Shown: in pieces, positions 55,624 to 64,000 of the stretch
How the letters are laid out: each line of letters begins with the position of its first letter
How positions within the stretch are numbered: the stretch's first letter is position 1
Assembly (NCBI GenBank): GCA_016235455.1
Contig: JACRKZ010000129.1
Coordinates: 1-64,000, forward strand
DNA: 64,000 nucleotides
Direction: 5' to 3'
DNA from: Armatimonadota bacterium
GTDB taxonomy: Bacteria > Armatimonadota > UBA10988
The notes under the pieces: model-generated
What the model saw: the letters and a program-made list of their open reading frames with translations, nothing else
Database searches by the model: none
What the model was told of the DNA's origin: nothing
Program-made: the position numbers and the translations under genes

Positions 55624-58600
55624 TCACGGCAGCTTCAGCGCCACGGTCTTGCCCGCGTCGATGGCTTCCCAGTACTGCTTCTGACACTGCTCATACAGCC
55701 CCGCCGTACCGCGCACGGTGGCCGTCGGGTCGAGCGTGATGGTCACGTCCGCCGGCTTGCGCACCCGCGCGGCAGTCATCTTGGGCGCCCACTTGGCGAT
55801 GACCTGCGTCACCGGCCGCCAGGCGCCGTCGGGCTCGATGATGCCGAAGTCGCTGTTCTCGCCAACGCGGTACCCGCCCGGATACCACCAGCAGCACGTG
55901 CCGTTGGCGCCCGAGTCATAGACCATCCGGTAGAACATCTCGTAGAACTCGGCCTGCCACTTGATGCGCTCGGGGTTGGGCGCGTTGAGAGCGGTGCTCC
56001 ACACCGTGTCGCCAAACTCGGCCCACCACAGTGGATGCTCGGGCGCACAGGCTCGCGCATAGGCGGCGGTCCAGTCGCCCACGCGCACGCGCTCCCACGG
56101 GCCCAGCCGGCCATAGCCCTCGGGCGCCATGAAGTCGACGCCGTCGCGCAGGCCGGCGAAGTCGTAGGTAGTCATGGGCGGCGCCCACAGCGGGTCGCCC
56201 GCGCCGCTCATGCGGTAGCTGACCAGATGGTTCGGATCCACCGACTGCACCAGCTTGCGGGCGCCGCCGTAGTACTTGCGCAGCAGGTCGTTGAGGAAGG
56301 CGCGGTAGGCCAGCACCAGTGGCTTGTGCGGCCCCTCGACGGACAGCTGCTGGTCGCTCGGCCCGGCGACGCGGCCGTCCTCGGTAGGCACGGGCACGCC
56401 GAACGCCTTGGCGGCGTCGTCCGGCGAGCCGTACTTGGCGCCGAGCCAGGCCGCCCACTCCTGATCCCAGCGCGCCAGGTCCTTGCGTGTGCCCCAGTTG
56501 GGCTCCCAGGCCAGGTCGTAGGCCATGACCGTGTCGTTCTCGGCCAGTCGCAGCTGGGTGATCATCTCGCGGACCAGCGGCCACTCGAAGTCGAGCGGCG
56601 TGCCCGGCCGCAGCGAGACGTTGGCCAGCAGATGGTGGTCCTCGCAGCGCATGAGCAGGTCGATCAGGTTGCGCGCCGACATCGACTGGTGGTAGAGGAA
56701 CACGCTGACCTGGTTGAACCCGATACGCTCGATGCGGGTCAGGTCGCGCTCGACGATGGCCGGATCGTAGGACTGGGCCGAGAGCCACTGCTCGAAGTAG
56801 GCGCCCTCCTCGGTACCGATGCCGCTCGAGGGCATGTAGTTGATGCCATGGGCATACCACTTGCGCCCGTCACGCCACCAATCGCCGCCGCGCGCGGTGA
56901 GGAACTTGGGGTTGGCCTTGGGCCGCCAGATGCGCACCTCGTGGCTCAGCTTGTCGCGGCCGCGGTTGCTGACCAACTCGACCGTCACCTGAAACGGGCC
57001 GCCCCGAGCCGGCACGTCCCAGTTGGCGGCCAGGCGCGTGGCCTGGCCTGGCGCGACCGTCACCGACCAGTCCTGCCGCCAGGGCGGCACGCCGGGTCCG
57101 GTGACCGTGGCCCGCACCGTGCACACCGCCGGCTGCCGGCCGCGATTGCTGACCACCGCGCCGACGGGCATGGCCTCGTTGCCGAAGCTGGCGTAGTAGG
57201 CAGCACCGCCTTCATACAGGAAAGCGCCTTCCAGCAGGCGCTCACAGGCAGCCGCCAGCCAGGCCTGCGTGCTCGGCGCCGCCTGCCAGGCCGCGTCGTC
57301 GATAGGCACGCTGAGCACGGCGCCGCCGCGGGCCGAGTCGGCGCCATGCAGCACCAGCGCGGCGGGCGTGCCGCAGACCAGGCCCTGCGCGTCGACGGTC
57401 TCCAGCAGCGGGACAAAGCGCCACAGCTTGTTGCGGTCCAGGCTCGTGCCTTCGGGCCGCGGATGCGGGCTACTGAGCCTGGCGGGCAGGGCCGGCAACG
57501 GCGCGGTGCCGGTCAGACCGGCGGCGCCGGCGCGCCACGACTTGGCCGTCGTCACTGGGAACAGCTTGTAGGCCGGCGAGACCGCCTCCAGCGGCGCGGC
57601 GGGTGCCTCGCCGCCGATCAGCGCCGCAGCCTCGGGCCGGTTGGCCGGGGCTGGCGCGCTGGCCAGATCGTCGAACCAGATGGTGTGCTTGCCGTGAGCC
57701 ACCTGGTTGGTGTGGGTGTCGGCCAGCCCGATGGCCAGCCGGACGGCGTTCTCGGGGCGCAGGTAGTCCTTGGCGCCGCCGCGGCCCTCGGGGCCGGTCC
57801 AGAAGCGGAACGCGGTGGGTGGCAGTGCGAAAGGCCGCCACTCGCGGCCCAGCGCCACGGTGGCGATCCAGCGTGAGCCGTCCTTCTCGTCCCACTCCAG
57901 CGACATCTGCGGCGTAGTGGCGTCGCCCTTGGCCGAGAAGCAGGTCCACGAGTTGCCCGTCGCGAAGGCCTGGGTGAACGCCGGCGCCTCGAAGGTGTCC
58001 CAGCCGGTCTGGTTGGCGATGTCGATGCGCAGGCACCCGCCCTGACCGCGCGGCTCGCGGCTGACCTGGCTGGGCGGCTTGAGGTCGTTGCTGGCCCGGT
58101 GCCAGACGCCGATGTCGGCGCCGTCGAAGGTCAGCAATGGCGATCGTGTCAGCGACTGGGCCACGGCCTGCAGGTAGCTGTCGTAGTCGAGCGCGCGGCC
58201 GTCGAACGTGTATTGCAGGCGACCAAAGGCGCCGGTGCCCAGCACCACCACGTTGCCGCCTTGCCGCACGTAGTCGACGACGGACTCCATGCCCTCCACC
58301 GTCATCTGTCGCGGCTCGGCGAGGAGCAGCATGTCGATGACCGCCGGGCGCAGCAGTTGCGCGTTGGCCAGCCGGTCGCCATCGAAGTCGACCACGCCGA
58401 CGCCGTCGGCGGCCAGCCGGCGCGCCAGCGGCGGCTCGGGCTGCGCGCCGCGATAGACCGCCACCAGGCCGCGAGCGGTGCGCCGCCGCTCGATGGCGAG
58501 ACGGTCGACATCGGCCACGCGCGCATCGGCGGCCAGGCGAGCCGCGCGCGCCGCGCTGATGACATGCGACGCGCGTGCATGAACGATAGGACAGGCTGAG

Positions 58601-58917
58601 ACTTGCCAGTCGTCACCCATCCACACGCAGAACTGCACGGTGGCGGTGTTGAGCAGGGCCGGAATGGGAAAAGTGGCCAGGTAGACGCCGCTGCCGGTGA
58701 CCTTGGTGCCGGTCTGGGCGATGACCTCGCCGCGCTGGTCCTTCATCTCGCAGCGCAGAAAGACCGCCGGCACGCCCGCCGGCAGGCTGTAGCGCACCGC
58801 CACCTGCGCGGGCGACTGCTCGACCACCGTGCGCGGCGCCTCGGGAATGTCGGCCACATAGCCCGGCAGCGCGCCGATCAGCACCAGTTTGGCCAGCAGC
58901 CACCAACTCACGGTCAT
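55624..58917 (-). CDS. Secreted multidomain glycoside hydrolase, clan GH-A-like TIM barrel with CBM-like domain
   Basis: GINYMP, DLTRIERIGFNQV, YDLAWEP (acid/base position), WAEFG (nucleophile position), WWYPGG...SDFGI; CBM-like LEWDEKDGSRW...WRPFALPPTAF. Confidence 0.72.
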   Translation of the reverse strand: MTVSWWLLAKLVLIGALPGYVADIPEAPRTVVEQSPAQVAVRYSLPAGVPAVFLRCEMKDQRGEVIAQTGTKVTGSGVYLATFPIPALLNTATVQFCVWMGDDWQVSACPIVHARASHVISAARAARLAADARVADVDRLAIERRRTARGLVAVYRGAQPEPPLARRLAADGVGVVDFDGDRLANAQLLRPAVIDMLLLAEPRQMTVEGMESVVDYVRQGGNVVVLGTGAFGRLQYTFDGRALDYDSYLQAVAQSLTRSPLLTFDGADIGVWHRASNDLKPPSQVSREPRGQGGCLRIDIANQTGWDTFEAPAFTQAFATGNSWTCFSAKGDATTPQMSLEWDEKDGSRWIATVALGREWRPFALPPTAFRFWTGPEGRGGAKDYLRPENAVRLAIGLADTHTNQVAHGKHTIWFDDLASAPAPANRPEAAALIGGEAPAAPLEAVSPAYKLFPVTTAKSWRAGAAGLTGTAPLPALPARLSSPHPRPEGTSLDRNKLWRFVPLLETVDAQGLVCGTPAALVLHGADSARGGAVLSVPIDDAAWQAAPSTQAWLAAACERLLEGAFLYEGGAAYYASFGNEAMPVGAVVSNRGRQPAVCTVRATVTGPGVPPWRQDWSVTVAPGQATRLAANWDVPARGGPFQVTVELVSNRGRDKLSHEVRIWRPKANPKFLTARGGDWWRDGRKWYAHGINYMPSSGIGTEEGAYFEQWLSAQSYDPAIVERDLTRIERIGFNQVSVFLYHQSMSARNLIDLLMRCEDHHLLANVSLRPGTPLDFEWPLVREMITQLRLAENDTVMAYDLAWEPNWGTRKDLARWDQEWAAWLGAKYGSPDDAAKAFGVPVPTEDGRVAGPSDQQLSVEGPHKPLVLAYRAFLNDLLRKYYGGARKLVQSVDPNHLVSYRMSGAGDPLWAPPMTTYDFAGLRDGVDFMAPEGYGRLGPWERVRVGDWTAAYARACAPEHPLWWAEFGDTVWSTALNAPNPERIKWQAEFYEMFYRMVYDSGANGTCCWWYPGGYRVGENSDFGIIEPDGAWRPVTQVIAKWAPKMTAARVRKPADVTITLDPTATVRGTAGLYEQCQKQYWEAIDAGKTVALKLP

Positions 58918-59048
58918 GCCACGTCTCCGCGCATCTTGTTTGACACCAAATGCGATTCACCTGTCGGCAGGTAGGACGACTTACGGTGGCGAATGCTCCG
59001 ATGGATGCGGATCCCGCACCCCAGTTGGATCGAAAGCTGAGCATCATC

Positions 59049-59849
59049 ATGAAAGTGGCGCTGCAACTCGGACTCATCCCTGGCCAGAGCGTGGCCGACA
59101 AGCAGAAGTGGGCCGCCGACCACGGCGTCGACGGCATCGAGATATCGACCGGCGACTACCGGCCCGATATGCTGGACCAGGCCAAGCGCGATTTCGAGAA
59201 GAGCCCCGTGCCCATCTCGACCGTGTGTGGCAACCCGAGCTTCGACTTCCTCGATCCCGATCCGGGCAAGCGCCGCGCCAGCCTCGAGCAGAGCAAGGCC
59301 TACCTGCGTTTCTGTGGCGAGGTCGGCGCCGTGGGCCAGATCGTGCCGCCCATCTTCGGCGGACCGCGCATCAACAACCTCGAGCCGCTGTACGACGCGG
59401 TGACGCTGGAGAAGATGCTGCTGGTGGAACTGGTCAAGGAGTTGGGCGACGTGGCCGGCGAGGCCGGCAGCGTCCTGCTGCTGGAGCCGCTCAACCGTTA
59501 CGAGCAGCACTTGCTGCGCCGGCTCGATGACGGCGTGGAGATCTGCCGCCGAGCCAAGCATCCCGCAGTGTGGATCATGGCCGACTTCTTCCACATGCAC
59601 ATCGAGGAGACCAGTTCGCCGCGCGCGCTGCGCCGCGCCGGCAAGTTTATCCGCCACTGCCACCTGGCCGACAACACGCGTCTGGAGCCCGGTTCGGGCG
59701 ACATCAACTTCGTCTCGGCCTTCCGCGCGCTGCGCGCCGTGGGGTTCGAGGGCTACATGGCCTACGAGTGCGGCATCAGCGGCCCTGACCGCGAAGCCTC
59801 GCTGGCCCGCAGCCTCGAGTTCGTGCGCGGCTGCCTCACACGCGTGTAA
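59049..59849 (+). CDS. Sugar phosphate isomerase/epimerase (xylose-isomerase-like TIM barrel)
   Basis: LEPLNRYE, DFFHMHIEE, HCHLADNTRLEPGSG, YEC. Confidence 0.92.
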   Translation: MKVALQLGLIPGQSVADKQKWAADHGVDGIEISTGDYRPDMLDQAKRDFEKSPVPISTVCGNPSFDFLDPDPGKRRASLEQSKAYLRFCGEVGAVGQIVPPIFGGPRINNLEPLYDAVTLEKMLLVELVKELGDVAGEAGSVLLLEPLNRYEQHLLRRLDDGVEICRRAKHPAVWIMADFFHMHIEETSSPRALRRAGKFIRHCHLADNTRLEPGSGDINFVSAFRALRAVGFEGYMAYECGISGPDREASLARSLEFVRGCLTRV

Positions 59850-59856
59850 GGCGACT

Positions 59857-59962
59857 GGACCTGGGTGGTAGGACGTGGGGCGTGGGTAGGCGCCAGGCAG
59901 GTTTGCCACGTCCCATGTCCCACCGCCCAACACCGTGGTGTCACGTCTCACGACCCACGTCC
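59857..59962. repeat. Degenerate heptamer repeats arranged as an inverted repeat
   Basis: GGACCTG-GGTGGTA-GGACGTG-GGGCGTG, then CACGTCC-CATGTCC-CACCGCC...CACGTCT-CACGACC-CACGTCC. Confidence 0.65.
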
Positions 59963-59963
59963 C

Positions 59964-59990
59964 TTAAGCGCCGGGCTGCCGAGCCGATAC
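59964..59990 (+). promoter_or_regulatory. Putative sigma28 (FliA) promoter
   Basis: TTAAG-N14-GCCGATAC, 23 bp upstream of the flgF ATG; GAGGAGG RBS follows. Confidence 0.65.
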
Positions 59991-60013
59991 CCCATTGAGG
60001 AGGTAGCCCACTT

Positions 60014-60745
60014 ATGACACGCGGAATGTACGCAGCCGCCGGCGGTATGCTGGTCGGCATGCGCGCTGGCGATGTCTACGCGAACAACCTCGCGAACGCG
60101 AGCACGACCGGCTACAAGGCGGATCGTGTGAGCTTCGGATCTTTCCAACGCGTCATGCTGCCCAGCGTCAAGGACGGCACCGGCGCCATCGCTCAGATTG
60201 CCCAGAGCTCCACGGTCAACCCGATCACGGTGGACCTGACCCAGGGCGCCATCCAGGAGACGAGCAATCCGCTCGACATCGCCATCGACGGCGGCGGCTT
60301 CCTGGTTGTCGGCACCCCGGCCGGTGAGCGCTACACGCGCGACGGCCACCTGACGGTGGACGGCGCGGGCCAACTGGTGACCGGCACCGGCGAGACCGTG
60401 CTCAGCATCGCCAACGCCCCCATCACGGTCGGCAACGGCAGCGTGAGCATCCACGGCAACGGTGAGGTGTTCAGCAACAACCAGCTCGTGGGGCAACTGC
60501 GGCTGGTCAGTCTGACCGACCCGGCGAACGCCCTCAAGGAGGGCGGCAACCTGATCAGCGGTGGCAGCCCCGTGAATGACACGAAGTCGCAGGTGCGCCA
60601 GGGCATGTTGGAGTCCTCCAACGCCGACACGATGCGCACCATGGTGGAGATGATCCAGACGCTCCGACTCGTCGAGATGAACCAACGCGTCATCCAAGCG
60701 CAAGATTCTACCCTTCAGCAAATCATCGACGTGGCGAGAAAGTAA
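60014..60745 (+). CDS. flgF: Flagellar basal-body rod protein FlgF
   Basis: GMYAAAGGM, ANNLANASTTGYK, YTRDG, QGMLESSN; first of an flgF-flgG pair. Confidence 0.85.
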   Translation: MTRGMYAAAGGMLVGMRAGDVYANNLANASTTGYKADRVSFGSFQRVMLPSVKDGTGAIAQIAQSSTVNPITVDLTQGAIQETSNPLDIAIDGGGFLVVGTPAGERYTRDGHLTVDGAGQLVTGTGETVLSIANAPITVGNGSVSIHGNGEVFSNNQLVGQLRLVSLTDPANALKEGGNLISGGSPVNDTKSQVRQGMLESSNADTMRTMVEMIQTLRLVEMNQRVIQAQDSTLQQIIDVARK

Positions 60746-60868
60746 GTAGAGGATGCCGGCGCGGGCTGGCAAACGGCTGGTCCACCTAGTGGAAGCCCCC
60801 CGGTCACCGAACGATTGAGGTGACCACAAGCCCCGCCCATTCCTCTCCTGACCAGACAGGAGAGACAG

Positions 60869-61657
60869 ATGCTGAGAGCACTATGGACCGCTGCTTCGGG
60901 TATGACCGCCCAGCAGCTCAACGTGGACGTCATCGCCAACAACCTGGCCAACGTCAACACCTCCGGTTTCAAGCGCAGCCGCATCGACTTCCAGGACGTG
61001 CTGTACCAGACCGACCGCGTTCCTGGCAGCGTCAGCGCCAAGGGCAGCCAGTTGCCGACAGGCATCCAGGTTGGTCTCGGTACGCGGCCCGGCGCGATCT
61101 ACAAGCTGAACAACCAGGGCACCTTCGCCCAGACCGACAACGACCTCGACGTCGCCATTGAGGGCGAGGGCTTCCTGCAAGTGGCCATGCCCGACGGCAC
61201 CACGGCCTACACCCGCGACGGCGGTCTCAAGCAGGACAAAGACGGCCGGCTGTGCACCTCCGACGGCTACCCCCTGGAGCCGGCCATCACCATTCCGGCC
61301 AGCGCCCAGAGCGTGACCATCGCGCCGGACGGCACCGTGGCGGTGACCGTCGCCGGCCAGAAGGAACAGCAGACGGTCGGCACCATCCAGTTGGCCAACT
61401 TCGTCAACCCCGCCGGCCTCAGCGCCATGGGCCGCAACCTGCTCTCCGCGACCAGCGCCTCGGGCGACCCGGTCACCGGCCAGCCCGACAGCAACGGCCT
61501 TGGCCGCCTGCAGAAGGGCTACCTGGAGCAGTCGAACGTCGACGTGGTCCAGGAAATGGTGCAGATGATCGTCGCCATGCGCGCCTATGAGGTCAACTCC
61601 AAGGCCATCCAGACCTCGGACGAGATGCTCCAGGTCGCCAACCAGGTTCGCCGCTGA
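60869..61657 (+). CDS. flgG: Flagellar distal rod protein FlgG
   Basis: MLRALWTAASGMTAQQ, ANNLANVNTSGFK, FQDVLYQ, GIQVGLG, F.NPAGL, RAYEVNSKAIQTSDEML. Confidence 0.96.
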   Translation: MLRALWTAASGMTAQQLNVDVIANNLANVNTSGFKRSRIDFQDVLYQTDRVPGSVSAKGSQLPTGIQVGLGTRPGAIYKLNNQGTFAQTDNDLDVAIEGEGFLQVAMPDGTTAYTRDGGLKQDKDGRLCTSDGYPLEPAITIPASAQSVTIAPDGTVAVTVAGQKEQQTVGTIQLANFVNPAGLSAMGRNLLSATSASGDPVTGQPDSNGLGRLQKGYLEQSNVDVVQEMVQMIVAMRAYEVNSKAIQTSDEMLQVANQVRR

Positions 61658-61695
61658 TCCCCGGGCAGCTAACGCTCGCCTGGTGAGGTGAAACC

Positions 61696-62643
61696 ATGAA
61701 GACCCTGATTACCACGCTCAGCTCTCTCCTAGCACTGGTCACGCCGATGGCTGTGGCGGCCGAAACCGAGACGTCGGTTCCGGCCGCTCAGCCGCCGGTG
61801 ATGGCGGTCATGCTGGCGAGCCTGGGCACTCCCACGACCAACGCCACCGCCCAGCCCCAACTGACCCTGGTCAACCTGATGCCCACGGCCAACATCGCTG
61901 GCGAGAGCGTGACCCTCGGCGACCTGGGCAACCTGCCGGCCGACCATCCGCTGAACGGACTGGTCATCGCCCCCGCGCCGTTGCCGGGCCTGCGGCTCTG
62001 CCTGAGCCGCGACCAGATTGAGCTGCGCCTGCTGCGCCTGGGCTACCGCTCGGGCGACGTGCGCCTCACCGGCGCCGGCAGCGTGGTGGTCAGCCGCACC
62101 GGCCAGATGCTGCGACCCGACCTGGTGCAGGCCGCGGTGACCAAGCTCATCGGGCTGCCGGTCACCGTCGAGCGACTGCCCCAGTTCGGCGCACTGCCGC
62201 TGGGCGCGCTCGACTACCGCCTGCGCAGCGACTTGCCGAACCCGCTGCCCGACCAGTTCAGCCTGACCCTCGACGTGCTCGTCGCCGGCCAGGTGGTGGC
62301 GCGGCCCACGGTCAGTCTCAAGCTGGCCCTGCCCGCCGCCCCGGTGGCCGCGGTCGACCAGACCGTCAGCGTCACGCGGCCCACACCGACGCCCGCCACC
62401 GGCACGCGGCCCGCGGCGCCCGGCGCGCCGACCGCGCCGACCGCGCCGGCCTGGCAGGTCAAGCGCGGCGACCGGGTGGCGGTCACCGCCGTCAGCGGTG
62501 CGGTTCGCATCGTCCTGTCGGGCGAGGCGCGCGGCCAGGGCACCCTCGGCGACACCATCGCCTTCGAGGTCGTGCTCGGTGGCCAGAAGCGCACCGTCTC
62601 CGCCCGTATCGTCGCCCCCGACCGCGCGGTCATGGAGGTCTGA
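61696..62643 (+). CDS. flgA: Flagellar P-ring assembly chaperone FlgA (atypical)
   Basis: Position between flgG and flgH; VTLGDLG, APLPG; C-terminal VKRGDRV...GEARGQG.LGDTI...ARIV. Confidence 0.8.
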   Translation: MKTLITTLSSLLALVTPMAVAAETETSVPAAQPPVMAVMLASLGTPTTNATAQPQLTLVNLMPTANIAGESVTLGDLGNLPADHPLNGLVIAPAPLPGLRLCLSRDQIELRLLRLGYRSGDVRLTGAGSVVVSRTGQMLRPDLVQAAVTKLIGLPVTVERLPQFGALPLGALDYRLRSDLPNPLPDQFSLTLDVLVAGQVVARPTVSLKLALPAAPVAAVDQTVSVTRPTPTPATGTRPAAPGAPTAPTAPAWQVKRGDRVAVTAVSGAVRIVLSGEARGQGTLGDTIAFEVVLGGQKRTVSARIVAPDRAVMEV

Positions 62644-62644
62644 C

Positions 62645-63598
62645 ATGGAACGGCTCATCTTCGCCCTGACCCTGTTCTGCTCGGTCGTCACCGCGACCAC
62701 CGTCAAGAACCTCGACCAGCCGACGCCCGCGGGCAGCGGCAAGACGGCCACCACGGCCACGCCGCGCGCCACCGTCGCGCCGACCAACACCGGCAGCCAG
62801 GACCCGGCCGCCGCCATCAGCCTGGCCGAGCCGCGCCGTTCAGACAGCACCGGCACCGTGGCGCAGCCCAGCGTGGGCGAGCCGCTCGTGCCGGCCACGC
62901 CGCGTCCGGTCGGCCGCGAGTCCTACGGCATCGCGCCGGTGGCCAACCCGCGCTACGATATGCCCACGACGCCCGCGGTGGCCGTCGGCTACGCGCCGCA
63001 GGCCGCGGGCCCGCTGCCCACCTACCCCGGCCTCGGCGGCCCGACGATGCCGCTCACCGGCAACCCGGCCCAGACCATCGGCGCCGGCCCGCTGGTGCGG
63101 TTGTTCACCGACATCAAGGCCTCCGGCCCTGGCGATACGGTGACCATCATCATCACCCAGCAGGCCGTGGCCGCGGCCAACGCCGCCAAGAGCAGCAACC
63201 GCGACACCAGCGGGACTTTCAATGCGGGCACTGGCCTGCTGAGCTTCCTGCCGGCCTTCAGCTTCGGCTGGAAGGGCGGCAACACGGGCAAGAGCGACGA
63301 GTCTGGCAACTTCTCCATCAACACCACCTTCACCGCGATGGTCGCGGCTGTGCTGCCCAACGGCAACCTGCAGCTCGAGGGCCAGCAGCAGGTGCTCATG
63401 GACGGCAAGCCGCAGTGGGTCAAGCTGACCGGCGAGTGCCGGCCCTATGACATCACCGCGGACAACACCATCGCCTCCACCAAGGTGGCCAACGTCAAGA
63501 TTGAGTGGAACGGCCTGCGCGGTAAGACCGGCACGGGCAAGGGCCTCTTCGACGTCATCGGCGGCGCCATCAAGTCGCTGTTCGGCTGGCTGTTCTAG
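62645..63598 (+). CDS. flgH: Flagellar L-ring protein FlgH with long Pro/Thr-rich N-terminal extension
   Basis: LFTDIKA..GDTVTIII, V.AVLPNGNL.LEG, LTG..RPYDI...NTI.STKVAN; start ATG 62645. Confidence 0.88.
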   Translation: MERLIFALTLFCSVVTATTVKNLDQPTPAGSGKTATTATPRATVAPTNTGSQDPAAAISLAEPRRSDSTGTVAQPSVGEPLVPATPRPVGRESYGIAPVANPRYDMPTTPAVAVGYAPQAAGPLPTYPGLGGPTMPLTGNPAQTIGAGPLVRLFTDIKASGPGDTVTIIITQQAVAAANAAKSSNRDTSGTFNAGTGLLSFLPAFSFGWKGGNTGKSDESGNFSINTTFTAMVAAVLPNGNLQLEGQQQVLMDGKPQWVKLTGECRPYDITADNTIASTKVANVKIEWNGLRGKTGTGKGLFDVIGGAIKSLFGWLF

Positions 63599-63640
63599 GC
63601 CCGGCCAGGCACCGCGCTGGCGGTGCCCGGGGAGACTTCC

Positions 63641-64000
63641 ATGACCAAGTACATCGTCAAGGCCATCGCCCTGCTCGCCGCGACAGCGCCGCTGGCCGCC
63701 CAAGGGCCGCTCGCGGTGCCGGTGCGCGACCTGGCCCGCGTCGACAACGGCCCGGTCAACCATGTCTTTGGCTACGGTCTGGTGACCGGCCTCGAAGGCA
63801 CCGGTGACACGCGCCAGTCGCTCTACGCCAACCAGTCCATGAAGGCCATGATGCGCCGGCTGGGCGTCGACCCCGGCGAGACAGCGGCGCAGAGCAAGAA
63901 CGTGGCCGCCGTGATGGTCACCGCCACGCTGCAGCCCTTCGGCCGCTCGGGCGACGGCATCGACATCACCGTGTCGGCCATCGGCGACTGCACCAGTCTG
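63641..64000 (+). CDS. flgI: Flagellar P-ring protein FlgI (partial, runs off window end)
   Basis: Manual translation: signal peptide, VRDLARV...NHVFGYGLVTGLEGTGD...KNVAAVMVTATLQPFGRSGD.IDITVSAIGD. Confidence 0.95.
   Translation, partial: MTKYIVKAIALLAATAPLAAQGPLAVPVRDLARVDNGPVNHVFGYGLVTGLEGTGDTRQSLYANQSMKAMMRRLGVDPGETAAQSKNVAAVMVTATLQPFGRSGDGIDITVSAIGDCTSL

Noticed and set aside
60768-60830. Canonical c-di-GMP-I riboswitch (GGCAAAC present)
   Set aside because: It lacks the GNRA-capped P2, the GACGCAAA segment and the tetraloop receptor. Kept only as a generic structured-RNA candidate.

Overview
High-GC chromosomal window from a diderm bacterium, most likely Armatimonadota. This is an inference from the DUF1559/H-X9-DG pilin-like gene ending [14 protein letters not shown], the many secreted LamG/beta-propeller proteins, and flagellar L/P-ring genes. 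I found no rRNA, tRNA, CRISPR array or transposase. From left to right the window holds: (1) a tandem array of at least six divergent paralogous membrane proteins with a pseudopilin(GspG)-like motif, divergent from a DUF1559 prepilin-like gene; (2) mutS and an HAF-repeat protein; (3) a LamG + hydrazine-synthase-alpha-like diheme protein and a LamG metallophosphoesterase; (4) rhamnulokinase, an acidic beta-hairpin repeat protein, two large secreted glycan-binding-like proteins and a pentapeptide-repeat protein; (5) a 7-gene minus-strand run with two MacB/FtsX-type ABC modules, a COG0523 GTPase and a standalone PqqD/RRE protein; (6) a DsbD-N/TlpA redox pair with an exact 55-bp tandem duplication over the TlpA start; (7) a secreted alpha/alpha-type protein and an SGNH hydrolase; (8) a 12-gene minus-strand run: PD40/peptidase protein, TPR-adenylate cyclase, cysteine desulfurase, DHH phosphoesterase, two MBL hydrolases, anti-sigma/STAS pair, acpS, fabG, active KS and inactive KS; (9) a lipoprotein, xerD, a 41-bp-arm palindrome and a second HZS-alpha-like gene; (10) a clan GH-A-like glycoside hydrolase, a sugar-phosphate isomerase and flgFGAHI. 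All calls rest on motif recognition by eye; no database searches were run. Many start codons were moved from the ORF track to better-supported downstream ATGs.
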